From Pseudomonadota bacterium (GTDB lineage Bacteria > Pseudomonadota > Gammaproteobacteria > JAKAQQ01), in NCBI GenBank assembly GCA_027320085.1, contig DAHVLZ010000038.1, positions 83,786 to 147,785 of the forward strand: 64,000 nt of DNA, written 5' to 3'. Made by a program: the position numbers and the translations under genes. Under the pieces are notes generated by a model. The model saw only the letters and a program-made list of their open reading frames with translations, did no database searches and was not told where the DNA came from. Position 1 is the stretch's first letter, and each line of letters begins with the position of its first letter. Positions 20,309 to 29,110 of the stretch are shown piece after piece.

Positions 20309-21628
20309 ATGCGCCTCGACCTTAGGGGAGAAAAAATCGGTGTGCTACCCGGAGGCCGCCTCCAGGTTCCCGCGTTCCCACGCATCCCGTTCATTGAAGG
20401 TGACGGGATTGGTTCTGACATCGGTCCCGTCTGCCGTAAAACGGTCGATGCGGCAGTCTTCGGGGCCTATGGTGACTCCCGTCGGCTGGTCTGGCACGAG
20501 GTGTTGGCTGGCGAGCGCGCCCGCCGACAAGACCCGAAAGGCAATCCGCTGCCATCCTCCACACTGGAGACCTTGCGGGACGAGGTCGTTTCGATCAAGG
20601 GACCGCTTGCGACTCCGGTCGGGGAGGGCTGGCGATCCCTCAATGTCACCATTCGGCAGGTGCTTGATCTCTACGCCTGCGTGAGACCCATCCGTTATTT
20701 CCCCGGCGTGGCGACGCCGATGCGCCACCCGGAATCCGTCGACATGATCGTGTTCCGGGAAAATACGGAAGATATCTATACGGGCATCGAATGGCCCGCG
20801 GAAAGTGATTCGGTCAAGACACTCTTGGATTTCCTGGAAAAAACCATGGGTGTGCCCCGCCCCCAGTTTGCGGGGAGCCTGGCCCTCGGTCTCAAGCCCG
20901 TATCCCGGGAAGGATCGGAACGGCTCATCCGGAAAGCGGTCCGGGAAGCGCTACTACACGGACGACGGTCGGTGACCTTGGTGCACAAGGGCAACATCAT
21001 GAAATATACCGAAGGAGGTTTCTGCCGCTGGGGATACGATCTTGCGGTGCGCGAATTCGGGGCAGAACCGCGTTCCGGAACCCGGGGGCTGTGGATTCCC
21101 CATCCGGACGGGGGTTCTCCCGTTCATTTCCAAGATCTGATTGCGGACAACTTCTTCCAGCAGGCGCTTTTGAATCCGGGACAGTATGACGTGATTGCCA
21201 CACTCAACCTCAACGGAGACTATCTATCGGATGCGCTCGCCGCTCAGGTCGGTGGAATCGGAATTGCCCCGGGTGCGAATATCGGGGATGGGGTTGCAGT
21301 TTTTGAGGCGACCCATGGTACGGCACCCGATCTGACCGGCACCGATACGGCCAATCCCTGTTCGCTTTTGCTCTCGGCGGAGATGCTGTTACGCCACATC
21401 GGCTGGAACGAGGCCGCGGACCGCCTGATGCGTGGGATCCAGGGTGCCCTCGCTCATGGTTTCTGGACGCCGGATTTGATTCATGGTGCCCGTGCCCTGA
21501 GGGAAGCAGAAGCTTCACCTGCCGGGATCAGTCAATCGGAGACCGGATTTCCAATCCATCCGGTGGGAACCCGGGGTCTCGGAGAGGCCGTCAGCCTTTA
21601 TATGGACGTCCAAGAAAAGCTCGAGTAA
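20309..21628 (+). CDS. icd: Homodimeric isocitrate dehydrogenase (cofactor residues suggest NAD+)
   Basis: IEGDGIG, IKGPLATPVG, VHKGNIMKYTEG, NLNGDYLSD, EATHGTAP. Confidence 0.96.
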   Translation: MRLDLRGEKIGVLPGGRLQVPAFPRIPFIEGDGIGSDIGPVCRKTVDAAVFGAYGDSRRLVWHEVLAGERARRQDPKGNPLPSSTLETLRDEVVSIKGPLATPVGEGWRSLNVTIRQVLDLYACVRPIRYFPGVATPMRHPESVDMIVFRENTEDIYTGIEWPAESDSVKTLLDFLEKTMGVPRPQFAGSLALGLKPVSREGSERLIRKAVREALLHGRRSVTLVHKGNIMKYTEGGFCRWGYDLAVREFGAEPRSGTRGLWIPHPDGGSPVHFQDLIADNFFQQALLNPGQYDVIATLNLNGDYLSDALAAQVGGIGIAPGANIGDGVAVFEATHGTAPDLTGTDTANPCSLLLSAEMLLRHIGWNEAADRLMRGIQGALAHGFWTPDLIHGARALREAEASPAGISQSETGFPIHPVGTRGLGEAVSLYMDVQEKLE

Positions 21629-21656
21629 GGTAGAGCCAGGCCGTTCGGGGTGACCC

Positions 21657-22331
21657 ATGATTTCAACCCGTGTTCTTTTGATTGATGATCAGCAGCTCAT
21701 CCGGGCGGGTGTCCGCCGGATTCTCGGCGAATGCGATGAAATCGAGGTCGTGGGGGAGGCTGCGACGGGGGAGGAAGGCCTGGTTCTCGCGAAAAAACTA
21801 AGGCCTGATGTGGTGCTGATGGATATCCACATGCCCGGTATGGGAGGACTCGAAGCGACCCGGAGGCTCCGGATGCTGGAAAACCCACCCGCCGTGATCG
21901 CGCTTTCCGTTTCGGGACAGGAACCCTATCCAAGCCACCTCTTGGCTGCTGGCGCGGGAGGGTATCTCAGCAAGGATTGCGCATCCGATGAGGTGGTGGA
22001 GGCCGTTCTGGCCGTTCGGTCGGGCAAGCGTTATATCAGTCGGGATGTGGCAAAGGACTACGCCCTCACCCATGCAGTGGGTGACCCGACCGGCAGTCCC
22101 ACACCCAGCCTGAGCAGCCGCGAAACGGAGATTCTCACTCTGACCTGCCAGGGGCGCAACGCCAAGGATATTGGTAACCTCCTGCATATCAGCCCGGGGA
22201 CGGTTCGCACCTACCGGCACCGGATTTATGAAAAGCTCGGTGTCCGGACACCCGTGGAACTTCTGCGTGAAGCGTGGAACCATGGGCTGATTCCGGAAGA
22301 ATCCGGCGCCGAACTCCCGCCGGCCCGCTGA
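21657..22331 (+). CDS. uvrY: NarL/LuxR response regulator, UvrY/GacA-like
   Basis: REC domain (VLMDIHMPG, GAGGYLSK) plus LuxR HTH (TVRTYRHRIYEKL); position upstream of uvrC. Confidence 0.82.
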   Translation: MISTRVLLIDDQQLIRAGVRRILGECDEIEVVGEAATGEEGLVLAKKLRPDVVLMDIHMPGMGGLEATRRLRMLENPPAVIALSVSGQEPYPSHLLAAGAGGYLSKDCASDEVVEAVLAVRSGKRYISRDVAKDYALTHAVGDPTGSPTPSLSSRETEILTLTCQGRNAKDIGNLLHISPGTVRTYRHRIYEKLGVRTPVELLREAWNHGLIPEESGAELPPAR

Positions 22332-22332
22332 C

Positions 22333-23766
22333 ATGCCTTTTCTTGAAGAGCGCACCCGGGCCCCGGATTTCCCTGCGGACGGCGTCTGGTTCAACGTGGC
22401 GGACCCACTCCGTTTTGATGATTGCCGGGGGCGGGTGGTCCTCCTCGATTTTTGGACCTACTGCTGCATCAACTGCCTGCATGTCCTGCCCGACCTGCGT
22501 TTCCTGGAAACCCGATACGGCGATCGTCTGTTGGTCATCGGGGTCCACTCGCCGAAGTTCACCCAGGAAAAGAAGGATGAGCAGGTGCGGTTAGCGCTCC
22601 AGCGTTATGACATCCGTCATCCGGTCATTCACGATGCCTCCATGCATCTGTGGCAGGCCTATGGCATCCGTGCCTGGCCTACCCTGGTGCTTCTGGATCA
22701 TCAAGGCCGGGTGGCGTTTGCCACCTCGGGGGAGGGGCAACGGGGCGCGCTTGTGGAGGCCATCGACCGTCTCCTGTCCGAGGCGAGGGAGAACCCGGCC
22801 CGTGATTTCGCGCTTCCGGAAACCCCGTCGCCAGCGGGAATTCCACTGAGCTTTCCGACCAAGTTGGCCTGGGGCGCGGATTGTCTGTGGATTGCCGACA
22901 CGGGACACCACCAGGTCGTGTCGGTCGATGTTTCAGGAACCGAGACCAGCCGCTGGGGGAGTGGACAGGCCGGACTATCTGACGGAACGGGAGATTCCGC
23001 CTGTTTCAATGAACCACGCGGGCTCGCCGTCGATCAAAAGACCATTTGGGTTGCGGATACCGCAAATCATGCCGTGCGGATCCTTGAGTTGCGAGAAGGC
23101 AAGGTTCGGACCGTCCTTGGCGACGGAACCCAGGCGCGGGACCGGTTCAGGCCCGGCGTCTCCCGACCGCTGCCCCACGGGATGCACCTCAACTCCCCCT
23201 GGGACCTCACGATCCGGGACCAGGTGCTTTACCTGGCCATGGCCGGATCCCACCAGATCTGGACGTACGATCCCATTCAGGGATCCGGTGGGGTTCTGGC
23301 CGGGACGGGTCAGGAAGCCCTGGTCGATGGTTCCTACGACGATGCTGCGTTTGCCCAGCCCTCGGGTCTTGGCGGGGGTGCCGACGACCGGCTGTATGTG
23401 GCCGACTCGGAGAGCTCGGCGATTCGGGCTCTGGAGATGGCGCGCCGGGAAGTGACAACCTTGGTTGGGCATGGACTTTTTGACTTTGGTGACCGCAACG
23501 GCAGTCTCCGGGCGGCCCGCCTGCAGCATCCCCTGGCCGTGACCCAGGTCGGCACCGAACTCTGGATTGCCGATTCCTACAACTCGAAGATCAAGATCCT
23601 GGATTTGGACAAGGGGAAAATTCATAACCTGCCCTTGGACGAATCACTGAATGAGCCGGAGGGAATCCTGGCCACGCCGTGGGGGGTTTTTGTGGCCGAC
23701 ACCAATCACCACCGTGTTTTGCGGGTGGACCCGGAACGGTATTCCGTCAACTTGTTTTATGGCTGA
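22333..23766 (+). CDS. Thioredoxin-like domain plus NHL-repeat beta-propeller protein (NHLRC2/SOQ1-like)
   Basis: LDFWTYCCINC, IGVHSPKF, RAWPT; NHL repeats IADTGHH, VADTANH, SPWD, AMAGSHQIW, AQPSG, VADSESS, LQHP, IADSYN, VADTNHH. Confidence 0.93.
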   Translation: MPFLEERTRAPDFPADGVWFNVADPLRFDDCRGRVVLLDFWTYCCINCLHVLPDLRFLETRYGDRLLVIGVHSPKFTQEKKDEQVRLALQRYDIRHPVIHDASMHLWQAYGIRAWPTLVLLDHQGRVAFATSGEGQRGALVEAIDRLLSEARENPARDFALPETPSPAGIPLSFPTKLAWGADCLWIADTGHHQVVSVDVSGTETSRWGSGQAGLSDGTGDSACFNEPRGLAVDQKTIWVADTANHAVRILELREGKVRTVLGDGTQARDRFRPGVSRPLPHGMHLNSPWDLTIRDQVLYLAMAGSHQIWTYDPIQGSGGVLAGTGQEALVDGSYDDAAFAQPSGLGGGADDRLYVADSESSAIRALEMARREVTTLVGHGLFDFGDRNGSLRAARLQHPLAVTQVGTELWIADSYNSKIKILDLDKGKIHNLPLDESLNEPEGILATPWGVFVADTNHHRVLRVDPERYSVNLFYG

Positions 23767-23773
23767 AAGAAGC

Positions 23774-25630
23774 ATGGGCAACAAAGAGGTCGCTCCGGGG
23801 AGGAGTCGCCCATCCCCCGTGCGTGAAGTGATGGCCGGTGCTCCTCAGGCACCCGGGGTATACCGGATGTACGGTCAACAGGGCGCTCTCCTCTACGTGG
23901 GCAAGGCCAAAAGCCTGCGCCAGCGTCTCAAAAGCTACCTGGATCCCGTGCATGCGGGGATCAAGACCCGGAGAATGTTGGAACAGGTGACGGAAATTGA
24001 TTTTACCGTAACGCCGTCAGAGGTCGAGGCCCTTTTGCTCGAAAGCAATCTGATCAAGCATGCACGGCCGCGCTACAACATCGTGCTCCGCGACGACAAA
24101 AGTTATCCCTATATCCGCGTCGAAGACAGCCTGGGCTTCCCCCGTCTGGTCTTCCACCGGGGCCGACAACCCCCGGGGGGACGACTGTTCGGACCTTACC
24201 CGGATGCCGGAACGGTCCGGAAGACCCTGGTTGACCTGCAAAAGCTCTTCCACCTCCGTAACTGCACGGACCTGTTTTTCAGGAACCGAAAACGGCCCTG
24301 CCTGCAGCATCAGATTGGCCGCTGTTCGGCTCCCTGCGTGGGACGTATCAGCGAAACGGATTACCGGCGGGACTTCAATGATACCTTGGAGGTACTGGAA
24401 GGGCGAAGTCGCAATCTGTTGGACCATCTGTATGCCCGCATGGAGGACAGCGCCGAGTCTTTGGACTATGAGCGGGCATCCGCCTTCCGTGACCTGATTG
24501 CCCGCTTGCGTCAGACACGCGAACAGGACGCCATTGTCCTGGAGGCGGGTGATGTCGATACGATCCTCCTGGAAATACGGGAAAACTTGTGTGGTGTCGG
24601 TGTCACCCGGATTCGGGAAGGGAAAAACCTGGGGACTTGGTGTTTTTTCCCGGTGGTGGAGGGACCCGTCGAGCCCGTGGATTTGCTCACCGGCTTTTTG
24701 ATGCAGTTTTACGATGAGGATGTGCCGGACCGCATCCTGGTGGAGATTCCGCTCGAGCCGGACGAGGGGCGGCTCATGGAGGAGGTCTTGGGTAAACGTT
24801 CGGGCCACCGGGTACAACTGAGCCTGCCCAAGACCCATCCTGCCCATCTCTGGACCGACATGACCCGGCAGAATCTCAAGCTGGCGCTGGATCGCCGTGC
24901 CGCAGGTCACGTTCTCCTCCAGGAACGTTTCCAGGCTCTGTCTGAGCGTTTGGGAACCGCAGAGCCGATCCAGCGGATGGCGGGATTTGATGTCAGTCAC
25001 ACCCTCGGAGAAGAGACGGTCGCGAGTTGTGTGGTGTTCGAATCCCGGGGTCCGGTGAAATCGGATTATCGGCGCTTTGTCATCCGATCCCGGACCGCGG
25101 GGGATGATTATGCAGCTCTCGATGAGGCCCTCCACCGCTACTTCTCCCGTCTGGTGCGCGAGTCCGGGCCCTGGCCAGACGTGCTTCTGATCGACGGTGG
25201 CGTGGGTCAGTTGCGGATTGCGGAACAGTGCCTGGCCGAATTGGGGACCCCGGACCTTACGGTACTGGCGCTCGCCAAGGGTCCCGAACGACGGGTTGGA
25301 GCAGAACGGATTCTCCGACAGGGTGGGGGAGGCGAAGAACGATGGGAACCACATGACCCGGCTTTTCATCTCTTGCAGCAAGTCCGCGACGAATCCCACC
25401 GTTTTGCCATTGAGGGACACCGGCAGCGGCGGAGAATGAAAGGGATCCGTTCTTCGCTGGCGGATATTCCGGGGCTTGGACCCAAAAGACGGGGACTCCT
25501 GCTCGCAGCCTTTGGAGGCTTGGGAGGACTGAAGACCGCAACCGAGGTCGAGATTGCGCAGGTGCCAGGCATCGGGGGATCTTTGGCCCAGCGGATTTTC
25601 CAGCATTTTCATGAGAGGAACCCGTCATGA
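23774..25630 (+). CDS. uvrC: Excinuclease ABC subunit C
   Basis: PGVY...LYVGKAK GIY-YIG, Cys-rich RPCLQHQIGRCSAPC, FDVSH, LIDGG, RDESHRFA, HhH. Confidence 0.97.
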   Translation: MGNKEVAPGRSRPSPVREVMAGAPQAPGVYRMYGQQGALLYVGKAKSLRQRLKSYLDPVHAGIKTRRMLEQVTEIDFTVTPSEVEALLLESNLIKHARPRYNIVLRDDKSYPYIRVEDSLGFPRLVFHRGRQPPGGRLFGPYPDAGTVRKTLVDLQKLFHLRNCTDLFFRNRKRPCLQHQIGRCSAPCVGRISETDYRRDFNDTLEVLEGRSRNLLDHLYARMEDSAESLDYERASAFRDLIARLRQTREQDAIVLEAGDVDTILLEIRENLCGVGVTRIREGKNLGTWCFFPVVEGPVEPVDLLTGFLMQFYDEDVPDRILVEIPLEPDEGRLMEEVLGKRSGHRVQLSLPKTHPAHLWTDMTRQNLKLALDRRAAGHVLLQERFQALSERLGTAEPIQRMAGFDVSHTLGEETVASCVVFESRGPVKSDYRRFVIRSRTAGDDYAALDEALHRYFSRLVRESGPWPDVLLIDGGVGQLRIAEQCLAELGTPDLTVLALAKGPERRVGAERILRQGGGGEERWEPHDPAFHLLQQVRDESHRFAIEGHRQRRRMKGIRSSLADIPGLGPKRRGLLLAAFGGLGGLKTATEVEIAQVPGIGGSLAQRIFQHFHERNPS

Positions 25631-26181
25631 AACTTCCCAATGGGCTGACTTTGTTGCGGATCGTCCTCATCCCGGCGTTCGTGGCCGCCTTCTGGCTTCC
25701 CGTGCCCTCTGCCCATCTCTGGGCAGCCCTGATTTTTGCCTTGGCGGCACTGACCGACTGGTTGGATGGGTACCTGGCGAGGCGTCTTGCGCAAAACAGC
25801 AGTTTTGGCGCGCTTTTTGATCCGATCGCCGACAAGATGATGGTCTCTGCGGCGCTCTTGCTCCTTGTCCAGGAATTTCCAGACTGGTGGCTCGTGCTTC
25901 CTGCGCTCATTATCATCGGACGCGAGTTTACCGTTTCCGGGCTGCGCGAATGGTTGGCCGCCAGCCGAGATCGCGTCCAGATCCCTGTCAAACCACTCGG
26001 CAAAATCAAAACCGGGGCACAGATGCTTGCGATCGTGATCCTCCTGGCCGTGAGTCCCGTCTGGCGTTCCATGGGTCTTCCGATCGGTCTCGGTCTGCTC
26101 GATTTGGCGGCCCTGTTCACGATTTTCTCGGGTCTGGAATATTTGTGGACGGCTTGGCCTTCAATCCGGAAGGGTTTTTAG
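25627..26181 (+). CDS. pgsA: CDP-diacylglycerol--glycerol-3-phosphate 3-phosphatidyltransferase
   Basis: PNGLTLLR, TDWLDGYLAR, FGALFDPIADK, GKIKT. Confidence 0.96.
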   Translation: MKLPNGLTLLRIVLIPAFVAAFWLPVPSAHLWAALIFALAALTDWLDGYLARRLAQNSSFGALFDPIADKMMVSAALLLLVQEFPDWWLVLPALIIIGREFTVSGLREWLAASRDRVQIPVKPLGKIKTGAQMLAIVILLAVSPVWRSMGLPIGLGLLDLAALFTIFSGLEYLWTAWPSIRKGF

Positions 26182-26424
26182 TCCGTCTGTACGGCTTCAT
26201 CGCACATGCAAAAAATGTGAGGATAAAATGAGAAATGTATTATAAGATATTGTTTTAATAATAAATATTATATGTACAAACGCTGTGCTGGTGTTTCCAA
26301 GGCCCCGTCGGTTTTCCCCCTCAAAGCAGAAATAGGCATGCTTCAAGGCCGGGGCTGCGACTTTTGTTTCCCCGACCGGAGGCCTCACGTAGAATGGGAG
26401 GCTCACCGGTTGGGAGTCGACTCC

Positions 26425-28464
26425 ATGAAGCATTGGCGAATCGGGCTCGGGGCCTGGCTCGGTTTCCTGGTAGTGGCCGCACCCGGGGCTTTGGCGCTGC
26501 GTCCCACGAACCTCCGGACTTACCGCCAGCTGGTCAAGCTCGTCTCGCCCCGGTTTTCTCCGGATGGTCGACAACTCGCCTTTGTCAGCATCCGGCCTGA
26601 TTTCGTCTATAACCGCTATGACACCACCTTGCGGATCGTTTCCACGGCCGGCGGAAAATCGGTTGCCTGGGTCCGTGGACTGCATGATCTGCATATGCCG
26701 CGGTGGGCCCCCGACGGCCACCGCGTCGCGTTCTTGGCCCGGGTGGGGCGGGAGAAGCCACAGGTCTATGACGTGGCCTTCGCCGGCGCGACACCCCGCT
26801 GCCTGACCCACGCACCCAATGGCGTGCTCCAGTTTGCCTGGAATCCGAATGGACGGACCATCGCCTACGTCACGCCGGACAACCCGGTGCTCAGTGCCTG
26901 GGACCGCCGAACCGGTCATGACCTCTTTCCCATTCATGATGATGACTACGAGATCACCCGCCCTCCGGTGCCCGCTCAAATCTGGTTGTTGACACTGTCC
27001 AGTGGAAAAACACGACCCCTGACCATGGGCTCGACCAGCGTGCTTGAAAACGCCCCGCCTTTTGCGGGGTCCATCACGGCACCCACCTGGTCGGCCAACG
27101 GGCACTGGCTTGCCTACACACGGCAGGCCGATGCCGACGATGCCGATACCGACCGAACCACCATCGTGGTTGTGAATGTGGCAAACGGCAAGGAACGGGT
27201 ATTGACCCATCACACCCGCTATGAGTACACCCCATCCTTTGCCCCCCGGGGTGACGCAATCGCCTACCTCTATCCCCATGGCCCAGGCCCGGTGAGCGAT
27301 ATGGATGTGTTCGTGACTTCCCTCCGGGGTGGGGATGGTCGGGATGTCAGTGCCGACCTTGATCGGGATGTCGCAACGACCTACGCCTGGCTACCCGACG
27401 GTCAAGGCCTGCTGGCATTGGCCAACGACCGGGTCGGCAGCCGGATCTACCTGCAACCGTTGCGAGGGGTGGGACATGCCCTGGATCTCGGTGCTCTCAA
27501 TCCCACTCAGCTTGCCGTTTCTGCGCAGGGGCAGGTTGCCTTCGTCGCTGATTCGGCCACGCGACCGCCGGAACTTTATCTCTTGCGTCGCCTGAACAGC
27601 CGTCCGGTGATCTTAACCCACTTGAATCGATCCTTTGCCGCCTACCGTTATCCCCGTAGTGTCCAGGTGACCTGGCGGGCGCCGGATGGCCAAATCAACG
27701 ATGGCATCCTGACTTACCCGGACGACTATCGTCCTGGACAACGGTACCCCCTCGTGGTTTATAGCCATGGTGGCCCGGAGGCTGCATCAACCGAAAATTT
27801 CGACGCGGATGAAATTGGGCCCTTGCGTGACCTCTTTGCCGCGCATGGCTTTCTGGTATTTGAGCCCAACTACCGGGGGAGTGACAACCTGGGTAATGCC
27901 CATGAACATGCCATCTACCGTGATCCCGGGAGGGGTCCCGACCGTGATGTGATTTCCGGTATCCGCATGTTGGAGGACAGGGGGCTGGTTGATCCGAAAC
28001 GCATTGCAGCGGTGGGACATTCCTACGGGGGTTACATGACCGCCTGGCTGATCTCGCATCAGCATTTCTGGCGTTGCGCGTTGGTGGCAGACGGGGTTGT
28101 GGACTGGACCCAAGAGTACGAGCTCTCCGGTGCCGGAAATCTCGCCTGGGTCCGCGATTCGCTGGGTGGCAGTCCATGGAATCCCAGAAGTGCCGCCTTG
28201 TACATCCAAGACTCGCCAATCACCTATGCGGGGCAGATCACCACGCCAACGCTGATCCTGTCCGGTACGGCCGACATCACCGTGCCGATTACCGAATCCT
28301 TTGCCCTGTACCACGCCTTGGCCAGCCGTCATGTGCCGGTCAAGTTCATCGGAATCCCCGGTGCCTACCATCTGCCGCAGGATCCGGTGCAGCTCGAGCT
28401 TTACTATCGGACCATTGAGAAATGGGTGATCCTCCACCTCCAGCGTCACCCCCGACGGGGTTGA
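26425..28464 (+). CDS. Exported S9 family (prolyl oligopeptidase/acylaminoacyl peptidase-like) serine peptidase
   Basis: Signal peptide, PD40-like propeller repeats (FSPDG, WAPDG, WNPNG), HGGP, NYRGS, GHSYGG nucleophile, D and H triad region; GGGAG RBS before ATG 26425. Confidence 0.92.
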   Translation: MKHWRIGLGAWLGFLVVAAPGALALRPTNLRTYRQLVKLVSPRFSPDGRQLAFVSIRPDFVYNRYDTTLRIVSTAGGKSVAWVRGLHDLHMPRWAPDGHRVAFLARVGREKPQVYDVAFAGATPRCLTHAPNGVLQFAWNPNGRTIAYVTPDNPVLSAWDRRTGHDLFPIHDDDYEITRPPVPAQIWLLTLSSGKTRPLTMGSTSVLENAPPFAGSITAPTWSANGHWLAYTRQADADDADTDRTTIVVVNVANGKERVLTHHTRYEYTPSFAPRGDAIAYLYPHGPGPVSDMDVFVTSLRGGDGRDVSADLDRDVATTYAWLPDGQGLLALANDRVGSRIYLQPLRGVGHALDLGALNPTQLAVSAQGQVAFVADSATRPPELYLLRRLNSRPVILTHLNRSFAAYRYPRSVQVTWRAPDGQINDGILTYPDDYRPGQRYPLVVYSHGGPEAASTENFDADEIGPLRDLFAAHGFLVFEPNYRGSDNLGNAHEHAIYRDPGRGPDRDVISGIRMLEDRGLVDPKRIAAVGHSYGGYMTAWLISHQHFWRCALVADGVVDWTQEYELSGAGNLAWVRDSLGGSPWNPRSAALYIQDSPITYAGQITTPTLILSGTADITVPITESFALYHALASRHVPVKFIGIPGAYHLPQDPVQLELYYRTIEKWVILHLQRHPRRG

Positions 28465-28669
28465 GAGGGCAGGCATCAACCACCCCCGTCTGCACCGTCT
28501 GGTCGGGATTCAGGGATCACCGAAAGGGGGCTGAACAGATACCGAGAATCCGTCACGAAGGGATTCAACCGAGTGGGGGGCGCTCACGGCCGGAGATTCA
28601 ATCGGGTCCCGAATGAGGAGAGTAGCGCGGTGGGCTCTGGGAGGTGCGGTCGTTCCTTGAGATGTATCT

Positions 28670-28756
28670 TGGTGCCCAGGGCCGGACTCGAACCGGCACG
28701 GCCTTATGGCCAAAGGATTTTAAGTCCCTTGCGTCTACCGATTTCGCCACCTGGGC
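28670..28756 (-). tRNA. tRNA-Leu (TAA)
   Basis: GCCCAGGTGGCGAAATCGGTAGACGC...CTTAAAA anticodon loop, long variable arm, GGTTCGAGTCC, CCA end. Confidence 0.97.
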
Positions 28757-28785
28757 ATGGGCAGTACTCCCGCTTGACGGAAGGG

Positions 28786-28859
28786 TGGAGGCCAGGGTCG
28801 GGATCGAACCGGCGTAGACGGCTTTGCAGGCCGCTGCATGACCACTCTGCCACCTGGCC
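28786..28859 (-). tRNA. tRNA-Cys (GCA)
   Basis: GGCCAGGTGGCAGAGTGG...CTGCAAA...GGTTCGATCCC...TCCA, 74 nt. Confidence 0.97.
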
Positions 28860-28895
28860 CAGACGACGTATTCTAGAATTTTCGCCAGGCGGAGG

Positions 28896-28971
28896 TGGAG
28901 CGGGAAACGAGGCTCGAACTCGCGACCTCAACCTTGGCAAGGTTGCGCTCTACCAACTGAGCTATTCCCGC
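28896..28971 (-). tRNA. tRNA-Gly (GCC)
   Basis: GCGGGAATAGCTCAGTTGGTAGAGC...TTGCCAA...GTTCGAGCC...TCCA, 76 nt. Confidence 0.98.
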
Positions 28972-28980
28972 CTTATGCGG

Positions 28981-29009
28981 ATCATAGCAAAACGGGGAGG
29001 GGGTGGCAA
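28981..29009 (-). promoter_or_regulatory. Sigma70 promoter of the Gly-Cys-Leu tRNA operon
   Basis: Minus strand TTGCCA-17 nt-TATGAT, 9 nt upstream of tRNA-Gly. Confidence 0.75.
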
Positions 29010-29110
29010 TTGTTTTCCGCGGGGTTGACCGCCTTGCTACGCGGGGTGATGCGGAAGAGGCTTCAGGGAGAGCACTATAATCCAAAGACGTATGCCCTGT
29101 TCTGGCCGCT

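Noticed and set aside
24017-25612. 531-aa antisense ORF
   Set aside because: Shadow of uvrC
26289-26305. TGGTGTTTCCAAGGCC resembling the tRNA-Leu 3' end (possible att repeat)
   Set aside because: Too short and gapped to distinguish from chance
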